This document shows, in pieces, positions 9,834 through 16,758 of a stretch of DNA of 64,000 nt; the first letter of the stretch is position 1; each line of letters starts with the position of its first letter. A program made the position numbers and the translations under genes. The notes beneath the pieces were generated by a model. It worked only from the letters and a program-made list of their open reading frames with translations, had not been told where the DNA came from and searched no databases. The DNA comes from a virus: positions 17,356 to 81,355 of the IMG/VR virus record IMGVR_UViG_3300028840_007026. One strand, 5' to 3'.

Positions 9834-9904
9834 AAAGGTTGCCTCATCAGTAATAGGGTTCCTATCCCTATCAGACGAGGGGAGCAATTTCCCCTCGTTT
9901 CGGC
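9834..9904 (-). ncRNA. Hammerhead ribozyme type II (HH1)
   Basis: gcc-GAAA-cgagggga/ucccucg-UC^-ugauaggg/cccuauua-CUGAUGA-ggc; loop I AGG pairs with 3' tail CCU; cleavage 9874/9873. Confidence 0.95.
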
Positions 9905-10101
9905 TACAATTTTTTCATGATCCAATCAGCATGAGTATATTGGTAATAATGCATCATGTGGACCAATTGGTTGTGAATCTCCATAACTCCGGCTGGACAA
10001 TGATCAGGGCTTTTCCATGTTGCTTCAATTTCTTCTATCTTTCCCATAAAGGTTTTTCTTTCTACCAGCATTATTCTTTCGTTCATTTTTTTACTCCTCA
10101 T
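9904..10101 (-). CDS. Hypothetical protein
   Basis: 65-aa ORF (start may be the internal Met); stop TAG overlaps the 5' end of HH1. Confidence 0.7.
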   Translation of the reverse strand: MRSKKMNERIMLVERKTFMGKIEEIEATWKSPDHCPAGVMEIHNQLVHMMHYYQYTHADWIMKKL

Positions 10102-10423
10102 TTATAGAAGGTAGGTCTCTAATACTGTCCCACAAATTTCTCTTTTCCAGTTCGATAGCATTATGAATAATTCTTTCATAACACTTGATGAAACGTTTGA
10201 ACTTGGAAAGATCACCGTTTTCCCATGCGTAGACGATATGCATCGAAATTCCAACGAGCATCAATAACTGCTCATGTACTGTCGATTGAGTCTTTGCAAT
10301 CTTGAGATGATGGTAGCAAAGATCGTTTGGAATGTCTGTATCTTCTTTCCATTTTCTTTTTTCACAAACTTTTTCTTTAACCGGGACTTTCCTTGCCTTC
10401 CTTTTTGGTTTTTCTACTTTCAT
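10091..10423 (-). CDS. Hypothetical protein
   Basis: AGGAGG RBS before ATG 10423 (MKVEKPKRK...). Confidence 0.75.
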   Translation of the reverse strand: MKVEKPKRKARKVPVKEKVCEKRKWKEDTDIPNDLCYHHLKIAKTQSTVHEQLLMLVGISMHIVYAWENGDLSKFKRFIKCYERIIHNAIELEKRNLWDSIRDLPSINEE

Positions 10424-10450
10424 AATAAATCCTCCTGTTAGTTGGTAGTT

Positions 10451-10515
10451 ATGAGCAAATCTCATCAGGCATGGTAGCTCATTTCCATGCGACTCCCCGA
10501 AGGGAGTTTCGAATT
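10451..10515 (-). ncRNA. Hammerhead ribozyme type II (HH2)
   Basis: GAAA-cuccc(uucg)gggag-UC^-gcaugg/ccaugc-CUGAUGA; loop I AUGAGC pairs with tail GCUCAU (6 bp); cleavage 10491/10490. Confidence 0.95.
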
Positions 10516-10606
10516 AAAGGTTAAACATGAGAATAGTAAAAATGTAGATGACAACGAGAATAAGAAGACCAGCGAAGATCTCAAGAATAATTTCCAGATC
10601 CTTCAT
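10514..10606 (-). CDS. 30-aa single-pass membrane peptide
   Basis: MKDLEIILEIFAGLLILVVIYIFTILMFNL*; ATGA overlap with the upstream stop; its TAA abuts HH2; below the ORF-track cutoff. Confidence 0.7.
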   Translation of the reverse strand: MKDLEIILEIFAGLLILVVIYIFTILMFNL

Positions 10607-10911
10607 GTTGTTTCCCTTTCGTTAGAAATTTTGGCAATTTCCCTGAACGTGATTGGGTTCACATACATCTTGCAAAGTGGGGAGTATTTGTCTTTCGTGC
10701 CCTTTAAAGCAATTTTAAGGCATGATTGACAGTAATTCAAATCGTCGTAATATTGAAACTGCTTCACAAATGTTTTCTCAACCGGTTGGACGTAATAACA
10801 TCCACAAGCGATTGCACATCCGCATAAGGAATACTCTTCTCCAGTTTCTTCATCCGTTTCGAACAAATGAATCTTTCGGGTCAACCAATACTTCATTTGA
10901 TGGTATAACAT
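10603..10911 (-). CDS. Cys-rich hypothetical protein
   Basis: GGAGG RBS; H...CGC...CxxC. Confidence 0.75.
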   Translation of the reverse strand: MLYHQMKYWLTRKIHLFETDEETGEEYSLCGCAIACGCYYVQPVEKTFVKQFQYYDDLNYCQSCLKIALKGTKDKYSPLCKMYVNPITFREIAKISNERETT

Positions 10912-11220
10912 TTAGCCTCCTATCACTCGACCGTAAGTAGTAATTAGTTCCCTTCCCACCGGAGTTTCAGTTGAAATCATAGAATCCTTGGAAAGGCAGT
11001 AAATACATTCCGTTTTTTTCGGTAGACAAATCCTCAATGCGGAATAGACTACTGCTATTGTGACGGTTATGACTGGGATGATGATAGTAAACCAGAACAT
11101 GATAAACGAGGCTGGTACAACAACAAACCAAGCGAGAATTTCGGTCCATATATCACCGAATCGCTCGTTCCTTGGTTTCCCGATTACTCCACAATTCTTG
11201 CAAATTAGTTCCTGTGACAT
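10912..11220 (-). CDS. Membrane protein with split Zn ribbon (LITAF-like topology)
   Basis: CxxC, hydrophobic hairpin, CxxC; AGGAGG RBS. Confidence 0.8.
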   Translation of the reverse strand: MSQELICKNCGVIGKPRNERFGDIWTEILAWFVVVPASFIMFWFTIIIPVITVTIAVVYSALRICLPKKTECIYCLSKDSMISTETPVGRELITTYGRVIGG

Positions 11221-11246
11221 GATAAATCCTCCTGTTAAGTAGTAAT

Positions 11247-11317
11247 AAAGGGTACCTCATCAGTGCGTAGTTCCCTAATCTACGCAGACGGGAGAAAAAA
11301 ATTTCTCCCGTTTCGGC
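11247..11317 (-). ncRNA. Hammerhead ribozyme type II (HH3)
   Basis: gcc-GAAA-cgggagaaa/uuucucccg-UC^-ugcguag/cuacgca-CUGAUGA-ggu; loop AGGG pairs with tail CCCU; cleavage 11287/11286. Confidence 0.95.
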
Positions 11318-12187
11318 TTAGACGTCCAGTTTACGTTTTACCTTGAAGTCAGGAACAGCTTTAATTTGTTTTGCGATCTTCTCCATCTTTTTCGAAACTT
11401 CTCCACGGAAGTCCTCGCTGTTCCTAAGTTTGTCGGCAGAGGTTTTCTTCATTTGGATGCGAAGGGATCTCATTATGGATTTCATTTTCTTCCCATCAAT
11501 ATTGTCTTTCCAGAGATCATCCCACTTGCCAAGAAACTTATCAAGGGCATTAATCGTTCCAGCGTTGATCTTGTCATTGTCGCACTGTTCTTTTAATTTC
11601 TCAATGCGAGCGAGCAACGTGCTGCCAATGATATTGACAGCCATCATCTCCATCTCATTTGCCATGGATTGAAACTTCTCCCTTTCCCTTTTGTACATCG
11701 AAGCAGTTAGTATACCTGCATCTTTATCGGGAAGTTGAAACTGGAAAAATCTCCAAAAGAAATCATGTTTTGCTCTGATTGAATCTGCCGAAGGGTAGTT
11801 TGTTTCATCGTAGTACTCGGGGTACTTGGTTTTAAAGCTACGCTTTAATGACCCCATTTTCTTAACAAGCTTATCCGTGAGTTCAGCGTATTCGGCTTTG
11901 AGTTCAGTAAACACCTTGTCCAAATACTCAATCTTGTGTTTGGGTACCCAGAACACTCCGTCGACAGGAAACGGCATGGAACTATTGAGAAGTTCCCTTT
12001 TTGTTGCCCGTTTTACTGCGAGAAGATCGTCGATGATAGTTCTATCATCTACCAGATCCTGGACACCGCGAACGATTTCAGACGGAACATCAGGTCCCAG
12101 CTTGTCTTTACTCAGTTTGGTGTAAGCTCCCCAACGGCTAACTTTCAATTGACAAAGGACGCCTTCATTTAATTGTTCGACTTTCAT
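11318..12187 (-). CDS. DUF3150-like helical protein
   Basis: 289 aa; L.VSRWG, SMPFPVDGVFWVP and YPSADSIRAKHDF resemble DUF3150-type phage proteins; AGGAGG RBS. Confidence 0.6.
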   Translation of the reverse strand: MKVEQLNEGVLCQLKVSRWGAYTKLSKDKLGPDVPSEIVRGVQDLVDDRTIIDDLLAVKRATKRELLNSSMPFPVDGVFWVPKHKIEYLDKVFTELKAEYAELTDKLVKKMGSLKRSFKTKYPEYYDETNYPSADSIRAKHDFFWRFFQFQLPDKDAGILTASMYKREREKFQSMANEMEMMAVNIIGSTLLARIEKLKEQCDNDKINAGTINALDKFLGKWDDLWKDNIDGKKMKSIMRSLRIQMKKTSADKLRNSEDFRGEVSKKMEKIAKQIKAVPDFKVKRKLDV

Positions 12188-12211
12188 AAATCCTCCTATA
12201 AGTTAGTAGTA

Positions 12212-12273
12212 AAAGTTGCCTCATCAGATAACAAGTTCTTATCTTGCTATGACCGCCCGAAGGCGGTTTCGGC
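12212..12273 (-). ncRNA. Hammerhead ribozyme type II (HH4)
   Basis: gcc-GAAA-ccgcc(uucg)ggcgg-UC^-auagcaag/cuuguuau-CUGAUGA-ggc; loop AAG pairs with tail CUU; cleavage 12251/12250. Confidence 0.95.
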
Positions 12274-12680
12274 TAATATTCCAATGTAATCAGAATATCC
12301 CCATTGGTGTCCTTCTCAGTAAATACACCCTCAATTTCCGTGTAGTCAATGTTCTTCAATACTACACTGGAATTGTACTTTTGGAGCGTCAACCCGAGCA
12401 AATCCATTGTTGAACATTCCTCACCGTATGGTCCTATTACTGTACGATCGCTACCAAAGTGATCATACCTAATACTACCGTCTGGACTTATTGCTAACGG
12501 GTATGCCCAGCCTTTGAGATGGACCTCTGCGATTGCATTGTTAACACTATTATGACCATAGTGTTTAACTGCAAAGGCTTTCCCACCCAAGTACTTTACT
12601 CGATGACCGAGTTCTTTACAGATGGTACAGAAAGTTTCAACGTCAGTCACTTTTTGTGCATAGCGAGTTGTATGGCTCAT
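12273..12680 (-). CDS. DUF1257 (Ycf35)-like protein
   Basis: Starts MSHTT.. at 12680 and ends GDILITLEY, typical ends for this family; adjacent to DUF2997-like and AAA+ genes. Confidence 0.6.
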   Translation of the reverse strand: MSHTTRYAQKVTDVETFCTICKELGHRVKYLGGKAFAVKHYGHNSVNNAIAEVHLKGWAYPLAISPDGSIRYDHFGSDRTVIGPYGEECSTMDLLGLTLQKYNSSVVLKNIDYTEIEGVFTEKDTNGDILITLEY

Positions 12681-12727
12681 TTTTATTTCCTTTTTAGTTT
12701 GGTAGTAAAATGTTTTTTGAGAATTAA

Positions 12728-12940
12728 TCATCCGCACCATTCACTCGGAAGACCATTTGAGATTGTTTCTTTGTTTTCCCAGTAGCTATCCTTATAGTTA
12801 CGCTGCTGGTCATTACCACCGAACAACTTGTCAAGGAATGCGGTTGCTTCTTCACAGCTACCGCCTTTAAAGTTGAATGCTTCGACACGTACTGAACCAT
12901 TTTTCCCTAAAGTGATTTTTACTTTACGTTTTTCTTCCAT
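12728..12940 (-). CDS. DUF2997-like protein
   Basis: KITLGKNGSVRVEAFNFKGGSCEEATAFLDKLFG matches the DUF2997 pattern. Confidence 0.75.
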   Translation of the reverse strand: MEEKRKVKITLGKNGSVRVEAFNFKGGSCEEATAFLDKLFGGNDQQRNYKDSYWENKETISNGLPSEWCG

Positions 12941-12968
12941 TTTATCCTCCTATAAGTTAATTGTGTTA

Positions 12969-13034
12969 TGGCTTGCCTCATCAGTGCTACCGTAGCCAGT
13001 GGTAGCAGACGGGCCTGAATCGGCCCGTTTCGGC
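12969..13034 (-). ncRNA. Hammerhead ribozyme type II (HH5)
   Basis: gcc-GAAA-cgggcc/ggcccg-UC^-ugcuacc/gguagca-CUGAUGA-ggc; loop UGGCU pairs with tail AGCCA; cleavage 13008/13007. Confidence 0.95.
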
Positions 13035-13037
13035 GAG

Positions 13038-14450
13038 TTATTTATCGATGCGACGTCTTCCCGGCCGTTTAACTGTTCGCGTTTCCATAACGGTTTCAGC
13101 GGGTATCGTTCGGCCTTTTGCCCAATCCCTTAGTCTTGCAATGCTTTCCCCTGCCGTTTTTGCTTGTGGAATAATGGCTTTCGAAGCCTCAATAAGCGAT
13201 ACTCCTCTCATGTCGGCAATGTGAACCAATGCTTCGATTTCAGCGCCGGAGAAGTCAACAAGTGAAGGTGTTTTTTGTTTTGGGAGATTCGCATTTACCC
13301 TGTAGTGTTCCAGAATAGAACTTGCAACTTTTTGGGAAGGGTAGTCGATGAAAAAGGGAGATGAATCCCAGCGACCAGGACGCAAATACTCGTTTGGAAT
13401 TCCCTCAAAGCTATTTGCTGTCCCAACAATGTAAACCCCTTTCGGACGGTTTTGCAGAAAGTCTAACCACCGACCAGTCGCACGTCGTGTTGTACCACTA
13501 TCGAGCGAACCATCGCTATTACTACCAGCGAACTGCTTTTCGAATTCGTCGATGAGAACTACACATTCACCAATTGAACAAATGATTTCGATCGCAGTAT
13601 TGATATTCTGGTCGGTTTCCCCTTGAAACTTAGAAAATAACGAACCCATATTGATGGAAAGACCGAATTTCTTAGTCTCACCGACAATTGCTTTCATTAG
13701 GGTAGTCTTACAACATCCCGGAGGGCCGATCGTAATAATGCCTTTTGCTTTTGGATTATCGATCGTCGAAAGGATAAACTGCTTTATGTTATCGTATCCA
13801 ACCACATCCTTGAACGTAAGATTTCCATCGAGAACATCGAGAAAACCGGTTTTCCGTATTGCTTGAGCCTTGTGCTCGTTGATCGTCTCAATACTAAAAC
13901 CTTTTCCGTTCGACTCAACTAATGAAAGCGCGAGAACGTTATCAAGTTCACTTCGACTCAACCCCTTACAACTGTTAGCTACTTTCGTTATTTCTTCGGG
14001 TGAAAGGTTTTTGTCTGCCATTTCTTGAATCGCGGTAGTAATTTCAGGACCGTTAGGAAGTGGAAGATCAATAAGAACATACTCTTTTTCCAGCTCCACC
14101 GGTAGTTTTTTTGAATGGGACACGCAGATAATTGCTTTCCCCTGAGATGACCAGAGTTTAGCATTGTCTTTTATGTGCTGAATGACCTGAGGCTTTTCAG
14201 CAAACCAGTGCCAATTGTAAAGAAAAATAACCGTTAATTCTTCGGCCTGATCCAGAACCTGAAGCGGTTCTCTCGGGTCGTTTCCTTTTGCCAAGGACCA
14301 TTCCCTGACGGAGTACTTCCCGCCATCTTTACGTTCAAAGTTTTTAATGGTTTCATACACCTTTTCCCTTACGAAGTCATGCTCAGAAGTTCGGAGCCAA
14401 AACGTTGAAAAACCTGCACGTAGATAATTAATGATCTTGTCAGCTTTCAT
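13038..14450 (-). CDS. AAA+ ATPase (Ycf46-like, degenerate N-terminal plus active-type C-terminal AAA module)
   Basis: Walker A GPPGCCKT, SKFQGE pore loop, Walker B VLIDEFEK, TAN sensor, LRPGRWD arginine finger. Confidence 0.9.
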   Translation of the reverse strand: MKADKIINYLRAGFSTFWLRTSEHDFVREKVYETIKNFERKDGGKYSVREWSLAKGNDPREPLQVLDQAEELTVIFLYNWHWFAEKPQVIQHIKDNAKLWSSQGKAIICVSHSKKLPVELEKEYVLIDLPLPNGPEITTAIQEMADKNLSPEEITKVANSCKGLSRSELDNVLALSLVESNGKGFSIETINEHKAQAIRKTGFLDVLDGNLTFKDVVGYDNIKQFILSTIDNPKAKGIITIGPPGCCKTTLMKAIVGETKKFGLSINMGSLFSKFQGETDQNINTAIEIICSIGECVVLIDEFEKQFAGSNSDGSLDSGTTRRATGRWLDFLQNRPKGVYIVGTANSFEGIPNEYLRPGRWDSSPFFIDYPSQKVASSILEHYRVNANLPKQKTPSLVDFSGAEIEALVHIADMRGVSLIEASKAIIPQAKTAGESIARLRDWAKGRTIPAETVMETRTVKRPGRRRIDK

Positions 14451-14473
14451 AAATCCTCCTATAAGTTAGTAGT

Positions 14474-14542
14474 AAAGGTTACCTCATCAGTACCCAAGTT
14501 CCTATCTTAGGTAAACGGGAGAAGTATTTCTCCCGTTTCGGC
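14474..14542 (-). ncRNA. Hammerhead ribozyme type II (HH6, GUU cleavage triplet)
   Basis: gcc-GAAA-cgggagaa/uucucccg-UU^-uaccuaag/cuugggua-CUGAUGA-ggu; loop AGG pairs with tail CCU; cleavage 14514/14513. Confidence 0.9.
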
Positions 14543-14866
14543 TTATGCTGTTTCAACTCTGTATCTTGGATCGTATTCCCAGTCACTACTGTCTGGGAAC
14601 AACCTCAAGAATATTTCGTAAGCTTTGTAACCGGAAGTTCTCCGGTTGTATTCTTTTTTGATTTCTTTCATGCTACGAATACCATACTCGGAAAACAGCC
14701 TTTCGAATTCGTTTTTTACTCCCTTGAAATAACCTCTGTACATATCCTGGAAACACTCTCCTGGTGCACCCCACAGAGACATATCATTATCCATTGCTTC
14801 TATGTCTTCCGCCATTTGATAGAATTTACTCAGGATCATTCCAAATGATTTTTTCCAATCTTTCAT
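14543..14866 (-). CDS. Hypothetical protein
   Basis: AAGGAGG RBS before ATG 14866 (MKDWKKSF...). Confidence 0.8.
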   Translation of the reverse strand: MKDWKKSFGMILSKFYQMAEDIEAMDNDMSLWGAPGECFQDMYRGYFKGVKNEFERLFSEYGIRSMKEIKKEYNRRTSGYKAYEIFLRLFPDSSDWEYDPRYRVETA

Positions 14867-14886
14867 AATTCCTCCTTTGTGGTTGT

Positions 14887-14949
14887 TGACTTGTCTCATC
14901 AGCGGTCAGGTTGTCACCCTGTACCGGACTCCCCAAAGGGAGTTTCGAC
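14887..14949 (-). ncRNA. Hammerhead ribozyme type II (HH7)
   Basis: guc-GAAA-cuccc(uuug)gggag-UC^-cggu(a)cagg/ccugaccg-CUGAUGA-gac; loop UGAC pairs with tail GUCA; cleavage 14927/14926. Confidence 0.93.
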
Positions 14950-15161
14950 TATGCTACTTGAAGATCGAGCGAAGCGTAATCAACACGAGCCCAAAACTCG
15001 TCCCATGATTCGTCTTCGTTTAACGGTTGAGAGTAGTAAACACATTTCCCGTTTTCTTCAATTTCAACATGCCACTCGTTCCACTTCTCAAGGTATCTCA
15101 GGATAAAGGTTTGTCCGTCGATAATTTCTTTTTCTTTGATTGAGCGATCGATCTTTTTCAT
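14949..15161 (-). CDS. Small acidic hypothetical protein, first gene of the leftward operon
   Basis: TAAGGAGG RBS; 70 aa; TAG overlaps the start of HH7. Confidence 0.8.
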   Translation of the reverse strand: MKKIDRSIKEKEIIDGQTFILRYLEKWNEWHVEIEENGKCVYYSQPLNEDESWDEFWARVDYASLDLQVA

Positions 15162-15184
15162 AATGCCTCCTTAATAAGATTCAT

Positions 15185-15798
15185 ATATTTGCCTGTCCCA
15201 AACACTTTAAAGCCTTCAAACGGCTCCTGAGGGCTCCACTCAAAGGCTTTAAGGTGGAGGCGAATATAAATACTCGCCTCCGGGTAGGCTCAACTTAAAA
15301 GGAGGAGGATATATTGCATAGCTGCGACAGTACTGAGAATATTCCTGTCGGTTTTCCAAATGATTCCGACTTGGTTTTACTTAACTTATTCAAACCAATT
15401 GTTCCTTGTCGGCACGTTTTTTTTCAAATGGGTTTCACTATGGCTTGCCAGCACATATTCAGCATAGTTTCAACCGGTGGCCGGTGGTTTTCTATGCTGC
15501 CTGGTATCAGAAGTTCGAGATTTTTTAATCTTGCGTTATCAACGGAATGTTTTTTTCTACCATATCCGAATCCGGATTTTTATCCGGCCGTTTTTTTGTT
15601 TCCTCGGAAACGTTTTCGGTCATGCAATTTTACTCACATGGAAAATGCGAACTTAGGTAGTAGTTCGATCCCGTTTTTTCAACCAGTATTTTAAAAGAAA
15701 AAAGTCGCAATATGTTTTGTTTTATCAACAGCCTTTCGGTCATTGAATAGCTGAACGCGACCAGTGCAGCGGGTGAACATGTTTTAAAAGAACATGTT
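15185..15798 (-). ncRNA. Candidate large structured RNA or leader
   Basis: No minus-strand ORF; many hairpins joined by A-rich linkers; long-range complement between 15704-15713 and 15311-15328. Confidence 0.45.
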
Positions 15799-15799
15799 C

Positions 15800-15828
15800 T
15801 TGATATCACAATAAATTAAAAAACACAA
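15800..15828 (-). promoter_or_regulatory. Putative promoter of the leftward transcript
   Basis: TTGTGT-N17-TATCAA with extended TG and an A-rich UP-like tract; two AACATGTT palindromes at the predicted start site. Confidence 0.4.
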
Positions 15829-16221
15829 CATCTTTTTTTATTTTTTTTGAATAGGTGATCGTACGGAAAATAACACAATTCCAGCCATTTATATTTGATG
15901 TCAGGTTACCCCTAAAAATATTTTTTTGCACAAGTTAACATAATCCCTATTGAATTAAGCCTGAAAATAGCTATATTACAGCCAACCTACCTGGTAGCGG
16001 GTAACCCCTATCTGGCCTATGTTTTACTACCCCTTGAGACCAGTTAGAGCACAATACTATTTCGGCCTGAGAGAGACTATGTGTCAGTTCGCCAAGGGGG
16101 TTTTCGGCAAATCCTCATTTCGGTGATAAGGCAAATAAGGAAGATAGATATTGCCTTATGGAAAGGAGTGTTTTAATGGGTCACTTTATAGTAGTAAACC
16201 TTTAGATGTGAGAACTTGGAT

Positions 16222-16758
16222 ATGGCAAGACCGGGAAGACAACTAAGGAGAAGGCATACAGGGAGACAAAGAAACTTTACTCCACGAGTAAGGACTTTGT
16301 TGTATGCTGCAATTCGAGCAGATCTACCATATAAAAGGGCTTGTGAGATCTGTGGAGTCAACTACCGGAATTTCAATTATTGGATGCAAAGGGGAAAGAC
16401 GGATCCAGAACATAGTATATATACACAGTTCAGAAGATATATCCGTAGGATTGAGGCGAGAAAAGAAATCCAACTCCTTGAAGTAATTGATAAGGTAGCA
16501 GTCGGGAATTACAAGATAAGGGAAATGGAGATATCCTTTTCTCCTGATAAGGGACGCTCCTGGAAGACGAAGACGAAGATAATCAGGCCTGACTGGAAGG
16601 CAGCTGCATGGCGATTGGAGAGAAAATACAGAGATGACTATGGACAGTTTGATCCGACGGTGATTACTTCCAAGTCCCCTGAAGAAATAGCTCAGGAGAT
16701 AAGGGATGCAACACTTGAATTGGAAAGATCTGTTCCAACGGAGGAGGAAATAGCATGA
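16222..16758 (+). CDS. terS: Terminase small subunit
   Basis: HTH (YKRACEICGVNYRNFNYW), DWKAAAWRLERKY motif, ATGA overlap with terL. Confidence 0.85.
   Translation: MARPGRQLRRRHTGRQRNFTPRVRTLLYAAIRADLPYKRACEICGVNYRNFNYWMQRGKTDPEHSIYTQFRRYIRRIEARKEIQLLEVIDKVAVGNYKIREMEISFSPDKGRSWKTKTKIIRPDWKAAAWRLERKYRDDYGQFDPTVITSKSPEEIAQEIRDATLELERSVPTEEEIA

Noticed and set aside
9834-14949. Dispersed repeats read as CRISPR, attC sites or plain terminators
   Set aside because: Spacers are whole genes, there are no cas or integrase genes and no U-tails; the conserved bases are exactly the hammerhead core.
15314-15694. 126-aa plus-strand ORF with a GGAGGAGG upstream
   Set aside because: TTG start and Phe-rich translation arising from T-runs, antisense to the structured region; more likely non-coding, though not excluded.
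15900-16160. Inverted repeats upstream of terS (GGTTACCC/GGGTAACC, ATAAGGCAA/TTGCCTTAT) as a cos/pac site
   Set aside because: Plausible location but nothing diagnostic; read-end data would be needed.
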